The notes beneath the pieces were generated by a model. It did not search any database. It had not been told where the DNA came from and saw nothing but the letters and a program-made list of their open reading frames with translations. From Hydrolagus colliei (Eukaryota), in assembly GCA_035084275.1 (NCBI GenBank), contig CM068761.1, forward strand, positions 1,984,001 to 2,048,000: 64,000 nucleotides of DNA, in the 5' to 3' direction. Every line of letters starts with the position of its first letter. Within the stretch, counting starts at the first letter, position 1. The position numbers and the translations under genes were made by a program. Shown here piece after piece: positions 10,841 through 24,182 of the stretch.

Positions 10841-12152
10841 CGGTGCTTAGATCCACAAGTCAGGGTAAGAGTGCTGGTGACTGCGTCAGGGTGACGCCTA
10901 AACAACAACGACTTTATAGTGCGCCTTTCACATCGGGTAGACGTCCCAAGGTGCTGGATGGCAGATCGGAGTACAGGGGCTAGTGCAGAGCTGTGAGTAA
11001 CTAGTAAGCTAAAGGTTAAGCCTCTCTAGTCAGCAGTTGCCAGTTTATTTTGTGGCTTGTTTCCACAGCTATTTGCTGATCCAGCTGAGCAGGCGCACCG
11101 TGGGTAGCGCTGGGCTCCCCTTATACTCGATGCTCAGAGGTAGTGTTAATAGGCTGCTGATCCACAGCGGAGATGTGCTTTCTTTTCTCTGAGCTACATT
11201 TTCGCAAGCCATTCGGCTGCGGCATCTCAATTATTTATTGAGCAGCTTCACGCAGAGGGGAATCAACAAGAACAACTTGCAGCCATCGCATAAGGACAGT
11301 GTCTTTATGAGTCCTTCACATGGGCGGGGGTTGGACAGTAAGGATGGGAGAAGAGATGGGAGATGACCAGTCTCATAGCTTGCATTTGATACGGCCGCCT
11401 TATCATGTCATTACAACAATAACAACAACAACAAAATGACGCTCGCAGAGAGAGCCTTTCACGTCGGGAGGACATTCTAAGGAGCTGAACAATCAGGGGT
11501 CAGGGCCCGAGCAAGTGTGGGGAGTAGTGGGAGGGGGAATGAAAACGTCCCAAAGCGCTTCACAGAATATACTGTAAAGTGAATTGACTGTATATTTTTG
11601 GGTGAAACGCGGCAGTCCCCACAGCGGCGTTCCCCCACAAACAGCCGTGGATTGAAAATGACCAAAGCGCACAAAGCATACACTGTACCCTGAAAAGAGA
11701 GGCCAGTGAGCCACAGATTCATCACGACCAACACGATATACAATGGTGTATTCTTCCTCCCAGCAGAGAATGTCCATGTGGGATCCCTCACCGACAAGCT
11801 TTTCATTCCTTCCCAGAGATAGATGAAGACTTCAGTGTCTGGGCTCAGAGACTCGTGTCAGTCACCGCCACCCCCCCCCCCCCCCTTGTCCCCTGGCGCG
11901 TTTGACAAAAAAACCCCGCACATTTCTGCGAAACATTAGAATTCTCTAGAATTTTCAAACGGCTGAGAGGCGTATTATTGGCGACAGCGTGACTGACACG
12001 GCTGCATTGTTCGGGACAGTTTTCCACTTGATTCCTGCAGACCCAGTAGACCTGCGGATGGCTCGTGACTTGACCCACCGTCCAGCGCTTGACGACGTCC
12101 CCCTGACGTGAAATTACAAGTGTCATTTTGTCCTTGTTGTTGTTGTAATTTT

Positions 12153-12435
12153 TATAATAATATAATAACGATCCTTGCATTTGCTGTCGCGCTTTTCACA
12201 TCTTGTCCACGTCTCAAAGCGCTTCACCGAATATACTGCCGGGTGAATTGTTTCTGTGTTTTGTGGGTGAAACGCAGCAGCCGATCGCGCACGGCAATGT
12301 CCCCACACGAGCAACAACAACCCACAAATATACAGTCAATTCACTTTTACAGTGTATTCTGTGATGCGCTTTGAGAGGTCGATAAGATGTGAAAAGAGCT
12401 GTATCAAAATACAAGGATTATTATTATATTATTAT
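12153..12435. repeat. Inverted pair of SINE 3' halves (about 110-bp arms, about 55-bp spacer)
   Basis: 12155-12267 is a SINE tail on the - strand and 12321-12435 is a SINE tail on the + strand. Confidence 0.8.
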
Positions 12436-14199
12436 AAAAATTACATTTGCGTCGCGACTTTCACGTCGGGAGGACGTGCCAAGGCTCTGACCAAACAGTC
12501 GTGGATTGAGTGACCAGATATCCTTTCCTCTCCCCCCCCCCCCCCCCCCCCCCAACCCCCTCACCTCAGTCCCCACCTATGCCCACAATCCATGCCTCAC
12601 CAATTACCCTCTTCCCCTGGCTGTCGTTCCCCATCTGTCTGTGTAACGAGTGTGGGCGTTGCTCTTGTGGACTTTAAACCCGGCTCTGCTCTCAGATAAG
12701 ATGCTGACTGACTCAGCCGCAGTCGCAGCCTCTGACCTCGTGCGCGGGCTTGGCAAAATCTCGGGTTTCCTGCGCTGTATTAAATGTCCTTGTGTCCTCA
12801 GCATCATTACAATAACCTCACAGTCCTCGGTCGCATCTGAATGCACCGATGGCCCGAGCAACACAGGACGCAGACAGCGCCGTGTGTAAAGCGAGAGGAA
12901 GGTATTTCGGTGCAACATTCGAGAGGTCTCGAGGATCTCTATTAGGGATTGCTTCACGCGTGTATATATTCGCTGTGCGCGGATATGTTGCCACGGATAT
13001 GTCCCCGCAGTGTCCCACAACTCGAGCAATTTAATTCGGGCAAATGCCACCAGTTGAAAAACTAACCGTGTCTTTTCAAATCAGGAATTTTCACATCAAA
13101 CTGCGCAGGCAGACAGGACCTCGGTTTAACTGTCTGATTCCTACACCCGACACCTCCCAACAACGCACATCTCTCTCTCTTTTTCTCTCTCTCTCTCTCT
13201 CTCTCTGTGTCTCTCCTCAGCAATGATAGAGTTAATATTTGCCACCTCCAATCCTTGGCTGGGTTCCAGGTCTAGCAAGTGGCAGTGAAACACAGACTGA
13301 CGCCACGTTCGAGTGGTTCGATGAATGAATGAAAGGGGGTGGGGAGGGTGAGAAAAATAAAACATTTGGATATGTTCGAATCCTGTTTCGGTCGCTCAGA
13401 TATTTCTCTGTTGATTCTGGTTCGGGAGCAAAGCTGGAAACGTGTTTAAAACCATCTTGAACCTGTGAGTTGTTAATTGCGGTTAATCCCAACACACAAA
13501 CTACCTGAAACTTTGCAATGTGGATCGAGCGTCCTCGCGCAGAGTGAGAAATGGGCGCTGGTGGGCTGTGGGATGGAGGACGGGGGGTTGGGGGAGGAGG
13601 AGAGGGCGGGGATTGCGTGGGACTCTCGAGCCTGATTATCTCTCGAAGAGATCTATTGCACAAGTCAAAGTTAAGTTTACAGAAGGCGACCGGAGACACA
13701 GGTGACGGCTTGGAGGTTGTATCCTAGTTGTATCTCGGAGGTGGCCAGGACAGTAGCTGGAGGCCGGGGTTGTGCTGTTTAGGAATTCTGGACGACAGAG
13801 GAACAGACGGTATGACTTCACAGTCTCTCTGTGTTCAGCTTTAGATATTGCTGAGCAGGGAAGGAGGGAGGGAGGGAAGGAGTGGAATAACGTGTTACCG
13901 GTTTTGTGGTCTTCAGGATAAGGTGGTGTTGTTTGTGATGGACAGTGTGTGTGCGACTCACCTCTTCCCCTACTCCCCTCCCACCCACCCCTCCTGGGAA
14001 TCAGAAAGAAAGGAATATATATTGCTGCTGTGTGCTTGTTTGTCAGTTCACTGCTCATTCAGCCTTAAGAGTCCGGTGGAACCTGTTTTGAGTTTGATTT
14101 GTTTCATTGATTGTCGTGTGTGGTCATTGCAATGGGAAAGACGCTATAATAGGTGCCACCTTTTGTTATTGCATTAACTGTTGGGAAACCTTGTGTGAT

Positions 14200-14365
14200 A
14201 AGGCAGCCAATTGCACGCAGCAGCGTCCCCCACAAACAGACATGGATTGAAATGATCAATTCTTTTTTTGAGGGATTATTAATAGACGTGTGGAGTAAGG
14301 AAACTTGCCCAAGATTTCGCCCGGACCTGCTTGGAATTGAACCCGGGTCTCTCGCTTGTAAGGCA
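14200..14365 (-). mobile_element. SINE fragment
   Basis: GGCAGCCAATTGCACGCAGCAGCGTCCCC...GTGGAGTAAGGAAACTTGCCCAAG. Confidence 0.8.
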
Positions 14366-16699
14366 ATCCCCCAGATAAACTTGGCCATTCGCCTTGCGTG
14401 GCTGTGGGATGTTACTATGCAAACTCTGCGTTGCTGCGTTCGCCTACAAATTAGACAATCACTACATTTGCTAACGATAATAATCGCTGTGTTTGAAACG
14501 TCGCATTATCACGTCTTCGAAGTAAATCCTATGGAGGGATGTTTGGGTTGTTACAACGACGTGACAAGTCACTGGGGCAAACGTGTGGCCTCGATGCTTG
14601 GAAGTGATATTGTACGTCTGCAAAAATGTCCAGCCAATCTGACAAGGCTTCGGAATGAGTGTGCTGCGTGGTGTTTGCATGGTATTTTGCTTGTCAATTT
14701 GCATGTTATTCACAGCAGTGGCTAATTGTTCAGGATAAAGAAATATGTTTCTCACACCAGTGTCTGACGAGAGGAGAATGTGGAGTCCTGTAGCTCAGCG
14801 GTCAGAGAACTCGCCTTCCAAGCGAGAATACCCGGGTCCAATTCCTGGCAGGTCAGGGCGAAACCCCGGGCGAGTTTCTTTTTCAAGTCGCCAGTTCGCA
14901 CACGATAATGTCTTGGCGATCAGCCGCGAAGCGAGCGAGCGAGCGCTTTATCGGGAGGATTGCTGATCAGGACACCAGGAAACACTTTCGTTCTTCAAGA
15001 TGCCGGCAGTAAATCTTTAATCTTAACCTCAACGGGCACACTAGAACTCACTTTGGCGTCGAATCTGAAAGGCAGGACTTGTGAAAATGCAGCGTTCCTC
15101 CCCCACCCCCTCTCCTCACACCCCCCCCCACCCCCGACCCCCCACACACACACACTCCCAGCGCTGCCTTCAGCCAGGACATTGAGCTCACAGTCCAGAT
15201 GTAGGGTCTTGAACCCATGACAATAATAATAATATACAACAATCCTTGCCTTTGATATGGCGTCTTATCACGTCTGTGAGACGTGTCGTGAGTCAACAGT
15301 ATGGTTTGTGTGGGTGGAACCGCGGCAGTCGATTGCGCGCAGCAGCAGCAGTTCCCCCCACGAGCGTTCGAGCCAGAGGTGACACCGACGGGCGCAGAGC
15401 TGGGGAGTGAGTCACCGTAATCTCTGGGGCGTGCCGCACGGGATAGGCACCCGTGCCATCAAACCGCACCGACAACCTTCAATTCGCACACAAGAGAGAG
15501 AGAAAGAAAGAGAGAGGGAAGGGTTTCCTCCACCCTTGACACCTCCCACCTTTAATATTGGGTTGATTGAGTCACCCGCCCAATATAATCTGTGGCTTTT
15601 TTTTGATCCCTTTGTGGTGGAAGGAAAAACAATAACTAATGGTGATTATGAGTGCAGTGTGGGAGGAGGAAATAGGATGAGGCTATTGGGTCAGCGGTGG
15701 GTTTGACTACACGGGAATAAACGCCTTCAAATGGGTGGCATTCAAATGGAATCCCCGTGGTCTCTGTGCTGAAGTTTCTTAGTTCAGCCAAAGGGAACGC
15801 AGTTTCATCTCTGCGCGGGTTGATACTAAAACCGAGCTCCCAGGGTCTGGGATGGCTCTAATACTGAGCTAATTACTGAACCCAGCTTGGGCTAACAGAT
15901 AGTCTGAGCTCCCAGTCCAGCGCGATGCTGGGCAACAAAATGTGCCATCCTTCAGATGAAGACGTTAGTTAATTTGAAGGCCATTTCCTCGATGCACCAG
16001 GGGTCTCGCAGTCCTTCAGTTTTATCTTGGCTATCTGTAACTTTGAAAGGGTGAGTTTATCTTGTTCTGTGTTTAAGTGAGTGCGGGGGTGGGGAGGTCG
16101 AGGGAGCGTGAGGGAGAAGAGGTCTGGCTAGAGGGGGAAGAATTCTAAGACGGACTAGGGGGTGGGGGTGAGGAACTTAGGTCAAGACAGCTTTAAGGTC
16201 TCTTGATTCTGGTTCCCATGGAGACAGCATTACGGCTTGGTACTAGGCTGGCTCGAGCTCTTATGTAATTAGTGTAATTAGAGCAGCCCAGAGTGTCACC
16301 GAGCCCCTGGCCCTGGCACAAAGGCGGCTTTCAGGCCTTCTGTTTCCTTTAGATGCCTTTTTTTTCTATAACCCCCCCCCACCCCACACGCACAATATTT
16401 CTGTAAGTAAATCTTACATTCAGTGGGAGTCTCTGTGGATTTAGGGGAGCGAAGGGAATTGGTGAAAAATGTCTAATGTCCTATGCTGCTTTGCACAGCG
16501 GGCCTCATAATATCTGACTGACCAGCCGTTGACTTGATAGATGTTTGACTCCTTGTGTTGGGCCTTGTGGCCAGTGTTTGCTTCATTTCATTATTTATTA
16601 ATTCTTGTCACCGCAGAAAAGCTCCCTCTGCAGTGTCCCACCAGCACAGAGGCTGTTTGACCGGTGGATGGTCAGCGCTGCCTGCGAACTCAACCGCCC

Positions 16700-16930
16700 C
16701 CAAACTCCAAATGCCCATCCATCATCCCAGGCCTCGTCAGGCTTCACTGGCCTCCTTGTTCCTCAGCGGATTGACTTCAAGGTCGTCACCCTCGTGTACG
16801 AGTTCCCTGCCCCACTCGCACCACAATCAGTGGCTGAGCTTTCCAAATCTACAGCCTTGTCCTCTGGAACTCCCTTCTTCCTTCGCCCGTCTCTATCCGC
16901 GTTCCAAGTCTTGCCTTAAAAACCTACCTG
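16700..16930 (+). mobile_element. Diverged L2 ORF2 fragment
   Basis: LHWPP/..QRIDFKVVTLVY-type motif (CTTCACTGGCCTCCTTGTTCCTCAGCGGATTGACTTCAAG), followed by CTCTGGAACTCCCTTC (LWNSL). Confidence 0.6.
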
Positions 16931-18692
16931 CTGTGAACACGCCCCCACTCCGGTTTCCACCTCCCTGCCCCCCCCCCCCCCCCCACCCCCCCCAAGTCCA
17001 CTGTGAGATGCTGTGAGATATTATTCTAGGTGAAGGTTTCTGTGTCAAAAAACAGAAACCTTTTTGTTGTTGTTGTTGAGTGGATATTTTGCTCGTGGGA
17101 TTTGGGATGTTTGTGTGGGGAGTGAACCTTTTACGTATCAGATTTCTCTGCAGTGACTTGGCTGTTGACGCGCAACAAAATCATCTCACTTACGAGGCAC
17201 AGGCAAAGTGTCTCCCTATTGATGCCCTGCCCAGATCTCTACCGAAATGCTGCTTTGACCTGAGCCAGATTGATTCAACCTGCCTCAATTATCCAAGCAA
17301 TGTCACTTGGAAGCTGCCACACCTCCCTGTGTACTCAGTGAATCTGCCTGGAGGTAGAGGAGGCGAGATCTGTCAAAGAATGTAGTATCGAAACGTCACC
17401 ATCTGTCCCAGAACTCGATCTCCCGACTAATTTGTATTTACTGTTGCTGATTTTCCGTTCCATGTTTCTCCCCAAGTGGAGTCCTGCAGCGCATTGATTA
17501 GAGCACTCGCCTCGCAAGCGAAAGGACACGGGTTCAATTCCCACCCCCACCCCCGGGATAGGGTGAAATGTTAGACAGGTTTCCTTACTCCACGCTTTAA
17601 TCATAGGTTAGTGAGAGTCAAGCTTTTGGGCTTTGTTCTGAATCTCTTAAGAGCTAGCAGAAGGGCAGGGCCCAGGGCTGGTATACACAAGATTATATGA
17701 GAGCGATCAAGATAAATCGGGGAGAGCTCAGGTGACTTCAAACCTAGAGTGTGAAAGCCTATGTGAGAGAGAGTGAGTGAGTGAGTGGGTGAGTGAGTGC
17801 GAGCATAGCACACAGACACAACACTGGGTGAGACCCACACCACCCAGGTAATTGATCAGATTCACTGTTTGAGAGTACAGTATTGTGCGTCTCTTTGAGT
17901 GCGGACTGGATGGAGGTCACTGTGTAACTCAAGACACCGTGATGCCTACACCTGGGTGGGATGGTGGGACATCAGGTTATGTAACGTCCTGCTTGCTGGG
18001 TGGGGGGGGGGGGGGGTGTACATTGGCTCAGACAGTGTCTGTAGTTGTGAGTTAAGGAAAGGGAGAAAGATTGGAAGATGGGACCTTGTGGTTACAGGAT
18101 ATTGTGAATGGCACGGGTTCGGAGTCTGAGAATCCTGGTCCGGTTGAGCGCTGTACACAAGCCTCTCTTTGTTTATGGGTCTCGCTCTTTCCAGGATGCC
18201 TCAGCCCCACCCCCACCCCGCCACTCACCCCCTACCCCCATCAGTCTCTGCCGTGCACTCTGCTGTTTCCTGTTTGTTAACCGGGCCATTGACATGTCAA
18301 CCAGCCGAAGAATGCTCTGGGAGCCGGAGTTGGGGAGCGTGACGTGAATGGGTGACTGTTCAGAGACGCCGATGCGAAAGTGAACCAGGAAGTGGGATAT
18401 TTTAAATGAGGTTAACCCTTCCTCAGACACAACACAGGCTGGTCCACCCAGCTTTCCTATCGTTTGGGTTTAGAGTAACCAAGGGAATCGACAATTTTGC
18501 TCGTCAATGACTCTTCTCACCGATCGCGGGAGCCTAACAACCAGAGGATTGGCATCTTAGGCATCATTCATCAGAAATGAGGCAAATGTCCCCGCAGATG
18601 GGAGGGTGAGAAAATTTGTGACACAGGAGTCCGTGGAGGGCAATTGAATGTGGGTGTGTAACAGACAAGTGTATCATTTGTGGATGAAAGGG

Positions 18693-18930
18693 ATAATACA
18701 ATAATCCTCGCGTTTGATAGAGCGCCTTTCACGTCTTCTAGACGTCTCAAGGCACTTCACAGAGTATACTGTAAACTGAAATGACTGTATATTTGTGGGC
18801 GAAACCCGGCAGCCAATTGCGCACAGCAGCGTCCCCCACAAACAGTCAGGGATTGAGTGACCAGTTTTTTTCCTGTTTTTTTCCTTGAGGGATTATTATC
18901 AGGTTTATGGAGTAAGGAAACTTGTCCAAG
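18693..18930 (-). mobile_element. SINE 3' two-thirds
   Basis: Reverse copy of core and tail. Confidence 0.85.
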
Positions 18931-19684
18931 TTCTTACCCAAGTCTCTCACTTCCGAGGCTAGTCCCACAGCGGATTGAACCCGACCTCCTCGCCCCCCCA
19001 CCCCACCCCACCCACCCCCCCCATCATCTCCCTACTGTCCGTCGCCCCTCCAGCCCGCCATCATGCAGAGATTTGCTTCCCGCCACTGCTCTTCAGAACT
19101 CTGTTCAGAAATCATCCCTGTGTGCAATTAGCTGCTGCGTTTTGCGCACAAAATCCAGTCTCTACACCTTTCGATGTCTCAACGACAATGGTAAGGTGCC
19201 ATGTCAAACGTCAGGGTTATTATTATTTTTAATGGTATTATTTTCATATCTCTCGTTCCCGCTCCTTGATCGGCGCCGCGACATTAGGGTAGAAGTCCTG
19301 GATTATGATTTGAACAGAGCGATACCCACACACACGCACGGCAAATAAACATCTTCGAGTATGGGGTTGGTTGAGTGCGGTTCTGCTTCGAAAGGCGGAA
19401 AGCCCGCAGTTCCCTCTCCAGTCGTGGAGGGAGCAGAGCGAACAGCCAGAATCCGCCGCCACTCTGCATCAAGAGCTTCATTCGCTGCCCACAGGAAGCT
19501 GAGGCCCTCGCGTTGCAAGGTTTCCTATTCAATGGGCGGTTGGAATTCCGAACCTGAATTGGTGGAAGGATCTGGCTGCTGACGGCTTCCTGTCTGTCAA
19601 ATACAATTCGCGCTGGATCCTCGGGTAGAAAAAGCGCATGAGAATCACACCCAGCTTTTGTCCTTACTCCCAAGTCATTTGCAA

Positions 19685-20040
19685 GTCAGTGGTTCTGTGG
19701 AGCCAGGAAATGAATCCTGGCCTCTCACGTCAGACACCTGAGTTCATTTCCTGGCAGGACAAAACTGGGCAAGTTTTCTTTACTCCGCATACCCGATAAT
19801 AATCATTCACATCCCACCACCACCCCCCCCTGCCCCTGAAAACCCCCAATAATAAATTGGGTCATTTCAATCCACGACTGTTTGCGGGGGCGCTGGAATG
19901 GGCGCAATTGACTACCACGTTTCGCCCGCAACTAAATCAAATCAATTCAGCTTTGAAGCGCTTTGAGACGTCTAGAAGATGTGAACAGCGCTGTATCAAA
20001 TAGAGGGTTATTATTATGATGATTATTATTATGATTTATA
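19685..20040 (+). mobile_element. SINE, diverged head
   Basis: GGGCAAGTTTTCTTTACTCCG, GTCATTTCAATCCACGACTGTTTG, and tail AAGCGCTTTGAGACGTCTAGAAGATGTG followed by (ATT)n. Confidence 0.8.
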
Positions 20041-20664
20041 ATCTCTGCATTTCATTTGATGTTAACTTCAGTGTCGCTTCGGGGTCAGAAGGTTTTCAGC
20101 TCAAACGTCTAGTTGGGACTCGAGCTCGCGGTTCAGGCTGACACGCCAGCGCACGTGGGGACACAGGACAGTGATGGCTTTTCACGTGCAATACCTCTCT
20201 AGCCCAGGGCAATGTCCCAAATTATAATTGTATAAACGCCAATCCTCTATCCCTAGTCTTTGGGTCAAGCAGGAGGCAAGGCTGTTGGCCATTCAACAGA
20301 ACTCCAACCCATCGAGTCTTGTGCTCCGAGACTCTACCCTGCACGAAGGGAGCTATGGAAGTGCAAGTTGTTGTGGTTATTGGTGCTCCGTTGTACAAGC
20401 TATTCGGGCGGGTAAGGGTTAAAGCTGATTAAAGCTTTTTGCATTGTCGTCCACTCGCGATTCGCTGAAGGTTTCATCAATCGAGCCTTTCTAATCCACT
20501 TCACGTTTGTTTGCATCAAATGTCAATAATTGTCTACACAAATATCTCACATTTGCAAACTTCCACTGATAGAAAAACGCTGCTCTCTCCTTCCTGCGTC
20601 GCCATATTTACTAAGCTAAACGCTTCTTAACAGTTGAACTTGTGCAATACAAACAAACACTGTA

Positions 20665-21250
20665 ATTAATTGGTCATTTCAATCCATGACTGTTTGTGAG
20701 GGACGCTGCCGTGCGCAATTGGCTGCCGTGCTTCACCCACAAATATGCAACCAATTAACTTTATGGTATATTCTGTGACGCGCTCTGAGACGTCTCGAAG
20801 ATGTGAAAAGCGCTCTATCAAATGCAAGTATTATTATTCTTATTATAATATTGTCTCGCCATCTGGTGGCACAGACAGGTCCTGCACTGTTGGCGTTTGC
20901 CCTTAACTTTCCAGCGCAGTAGTGACCTTTGCGATACAATAATAATCCTCATGTTTGACGCGTCTTCCGGGCGTCTCAAAGCGCTTCACAGAATATACTG
21001 TAAAGTGAATTGACTGTATATCTCTTGGCAAAACGCGGCAGCCAATTGTGCGCAACAGCGTCCCACGAACAGTCGTGGCCAAATTGAACTGACCAATTTA
21101 TTATTGCATGTGTCATTTTCTGAGGGATTATTATCAGGCGTGTGGAGTAAGGAAATTTACCCAAGGTTTCGCCCTGACAGGCAGGAATTGAACCCAGATC
21201 TCTCGCTTGCCAGACGAGTGCTCTTAACCACTGAGCTTCAAGACTCCACA
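20665..21250. mobile_element. Tail-to-tail SINE pair: + copy 20665-20850, - copy 20937-21250
   Basis: Both copies carry the core and tail motifs, in opposite orientation. Confidence 0.8.
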
Positions 21251-21346
21251 ACATAAATAAATGTTTTAGTGATTTTTTTTTCTTGTGTATTAAAAGTATT
21301 CCTCGGCAATTTACCAATCAACTGTTTCCCAGTTGTACCCGGCTTT

Positions 21347-21590
21347 GTCCTGTAGTGTATTGGTTAGAGCGCTCGCCTCGAAAGAGAGAGGACCTGGGTT
21401 CAATTCCCGGGCACAATGAAACCTCAGGCAAGTTTCATTCCTCTGTTTACCTACCAATCAGTAGGAACCTGGTTATTTACTGATTGGTGGTAATAATCAT
21501 TTTTTTACTCAATCACTGACTGGAACACCGCTGTAGGTGTTTGGCTGCTGTGTTTCGACCACAAAATATAGACTTTACCGTATATTCTCA
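21347..21590 (+). mobile_element. SINE, diverged insert-bearing variant
   Basis: CCTGTAGTGTATTGGTTAGAGCGCTCGCC, GGGTTCAATTCCC, AGTAGGAACCTGGTT. Confidence 0.7.
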
Positions 21591-21599
21591 ACAGCCTAG

Positions 21600-21700
21600 G
21601 ATAATACAATCTTACAGCGCAGAAGGAGGCCATTCGGCCCAATAGGCCCGTGAAGGTTCTTTGAAAGAGCTGTCCAACTAGTCCCACTCCTCCGCTCTTA
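21600..21700 (-). mobile_element. CR1-clade LINE 3' end fragment
   Basis: AGAAGGAGGCCATTCGGCCCA is the reverse complement of the CR1 3' motif TGGGCCGAATGGCCTCCTT also seen at 28835. Confidence 0.75.
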
Positions 21701-22140
21701 TTATTTATTTATTAGTGAATACTTTATTCATTATTAGTTTATTAATGACAGTGAAGCAAGGACTGACCGGCGCCTTGGGACGTCCGCCTGATGTGAAAGG
21801 CACTACACAAGTGTAATTTAGTTGTTGTTGATGTTGTTGCTGTTATTCCAGGGCTATGCAATTTGTTTTCATTTTCAATTGTCTATCCCAATTCCCTTTT
21901 GAAAGCTCCCGTCGAATCTGCTTCCACTAGACTGTCAGGTAGTACATTTGTGATGGTAACAACTCTTGGGGGAAAGGAAAAAACAAATGAAGTGACAACA
22001 GTATTAAATGCGAGTGTTGTTATTGGTATTAGTATTGAAGCAATCCTGATATGGGCTTTGCTATCTCTCCTTCTAGGCTCGTGACTTCGCTGACGGGACT
22101 GGCACGGCCGGGATGAGGGCGGCCTGAGGGGGAACTTGCC

Positions 22141-24017
22141 ATGGCCACCCAGGTGGAGGGCAAACCGGCAACGCTCCTGAGCGACAGCCCCAACGAGACC
22201 AAACCCCTGCGGACTCGCATGAGCCCTCTTTCGGATGCCAGCAACAAAGCGTTCGAACCGTCCTCTCACCCCCTCATCTTAGGGAATGACAACAAACTGA
22301 GTAGGACTTTTAGTTTCTTGACGAGATCCACGGGGGGCCCCAAAGCACGAATATCTCCCAAACCGTTCAGCCTGGAGCCGTCTGCCCTCTACGAAACGGG
22401 GGGGAAGATGAAGCCACCTTTCGTAGAGCCTCTGTCACCCATCAGTTTTGGCTCGAAGTCACTGCTGCCCGAGAAGCTGGCCGTAGAGGCAGGCATTCGG
22501 CACACGCCTGGCAAATCTGTACCGACTGGGACTGTGTCCTCATTGCTCTCTTCCTTTAGCCAAAGGTCTTCGCTGGTATCTGACTCGGGCCACATCATCA
22601 GACCATCAGATACCCAGGAGAAAGAGGAAAAGTTGCCGCCCAAGTCTTACTTTTCGCCCACGTCCGCGGCGCTTTCACGCTCGGAAACCGGAGGGCTCGC
22701 CGAGCAGAAGAACCAGCAACCCAAAAGCGAGCCAATCGCGTTGGTCATTTTAGAAACGTCCGCAGTTCAGAGGTTGAAATCAAAGCAACTGAGTGAAGGG
22801 GAGCCAGAGCGTGGAGAGAGGACCAGTGGGGATTCTCAGTTAGATCAAGAGTTCGAAGGGGCCCCTAGATCTTTAATCCTGTCTAGAACATCTGCACTTT
22901 CCAGAAAGCACAGTCCAAGTACAAGTCAAGGACCCGAAACCTCAAAATACCCCTTTACAGCCTCATCATTGGCTTTTCTAGGGAAGCCTGAGCAGTTCAC
23001 AGAGGAAGATAAGGGCAAAACAGACAAAGAAAAGGATGCAAGTGAGAGTGAAGTGCCCTCTAGGGCTGGGTTGAGGAAACCTAGACCCTTGGCGACTTGG
23101 CTTCCAGGAACTACGAATGACCAGAAGTCCGTGTTCCCTCCAGAAACCACTGTGATCCCCCTCGATGATAAAACCTGGTATAAGAAGCCCAAACCCCTGG
23201 CGATGGACCTCACGGCTCGTTTTGAACCCGTGGGGCCGGGCAGTCACAGGAAAAGCGCTGCCTTGTCGGAGGACAGCAAGGAGAATGTTCCCGTTGTCAA
23301 GAACGCCAGTGAGCTGGCCTCAGACTCGAGACGCGAGGCGCATGAGCTAATGCTTCAACTAGAGGAGCCTCCAGCGGACACAGACAAGTGGGCTGTGCGT
23401 CCTCTAAATGACCACAGAGAAGGCGAGGCTCAGAAGGCATTTGCCGCAGGCAGAAAGAAACTCACTAACGCCCCCAGAACTGAGAACGGTGCGAAGGACG
23501 CCAAAGGGCTCAGGCTGAACGGGAGAGAAGATCCGGAGAAATGGGCCACCAACAGGGAAGAGGTGTTTGTGTTTGAACACGACCTCAAAATCCCCACAGA
23601 CGCTGGGGACAAACCAGAAGAACCTGCTACCTCATTCAAGGCTGACGTTGAGCTGTTGAGGACCGACCGATACACAGCCTGGGCCAGGAGAGAACCGGAG
23701 AAAGAGAGGAGTTCTGGCCACGAGCGAGAGGGTGAAGGGTCCTCTGAGGATAGAAGGAATCGGGAGGGTACCAGAGTCCCAGGCTCCGGGGGGAACATCA
23801 AAAGGCGTATCGGCCTGCTCCTGGATTCTGCCAGCTCCCCGCCGAAATCCCCGGACTCTCTGCTGAGTGGCTCCGAGAAGGAGAAGCTGAACATTAGCAT
23901 CAAGAAGCGCATCCAAAGTTTCGCCGCGGACAACAGCGAGGCCAGAAAGGATGAGCTCCGAGCTTCCCAACGGCGTCCGTACCAATCCAGACCACTGTCC
24001 GCGGATATCACCAAAAG
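22141..24017 (+). CDS. KIAA1671: KIAA1671 homologue, first coding exon (acceptor at 22076/22077, ATG 22141, phase-2 donor)
   Basis: Long ORF in strong Kozak context (GCCATGG). MATQVE start, ISPKPFS, KKPKPLAMDLTARFE, IKRRIGLLLDS and RPLSADITK resemble recalled KIAA1671 motifs. Donor AAAAG|GTTTGT. Lies next to CRYBB3 and CRYBB2 as in human. Confidence 0.88.
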
Positions 24018-24182
24018 GTTTGTCAAAAGCGACTCGCTGGAAACCGGGGGCGCGTGACTTCTTTCCGGCTGTCAATTCCCACGTCCCTTGGCTTTGCTGT
24101 GTGTCACTGTCACGCATTCGCCCACAAGTCAATTAGTTTAATGGTACATTCTGTGAAGCGTTTGGCACGTCTTGAAGACATG

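Noticed and set aside
23430-24132. Antisense ORFs (198 aa and 166 aa) as an overlapping gene
   Set aside because: Expected shadows of a GC-rich coding exon, with no motifs or splice support.
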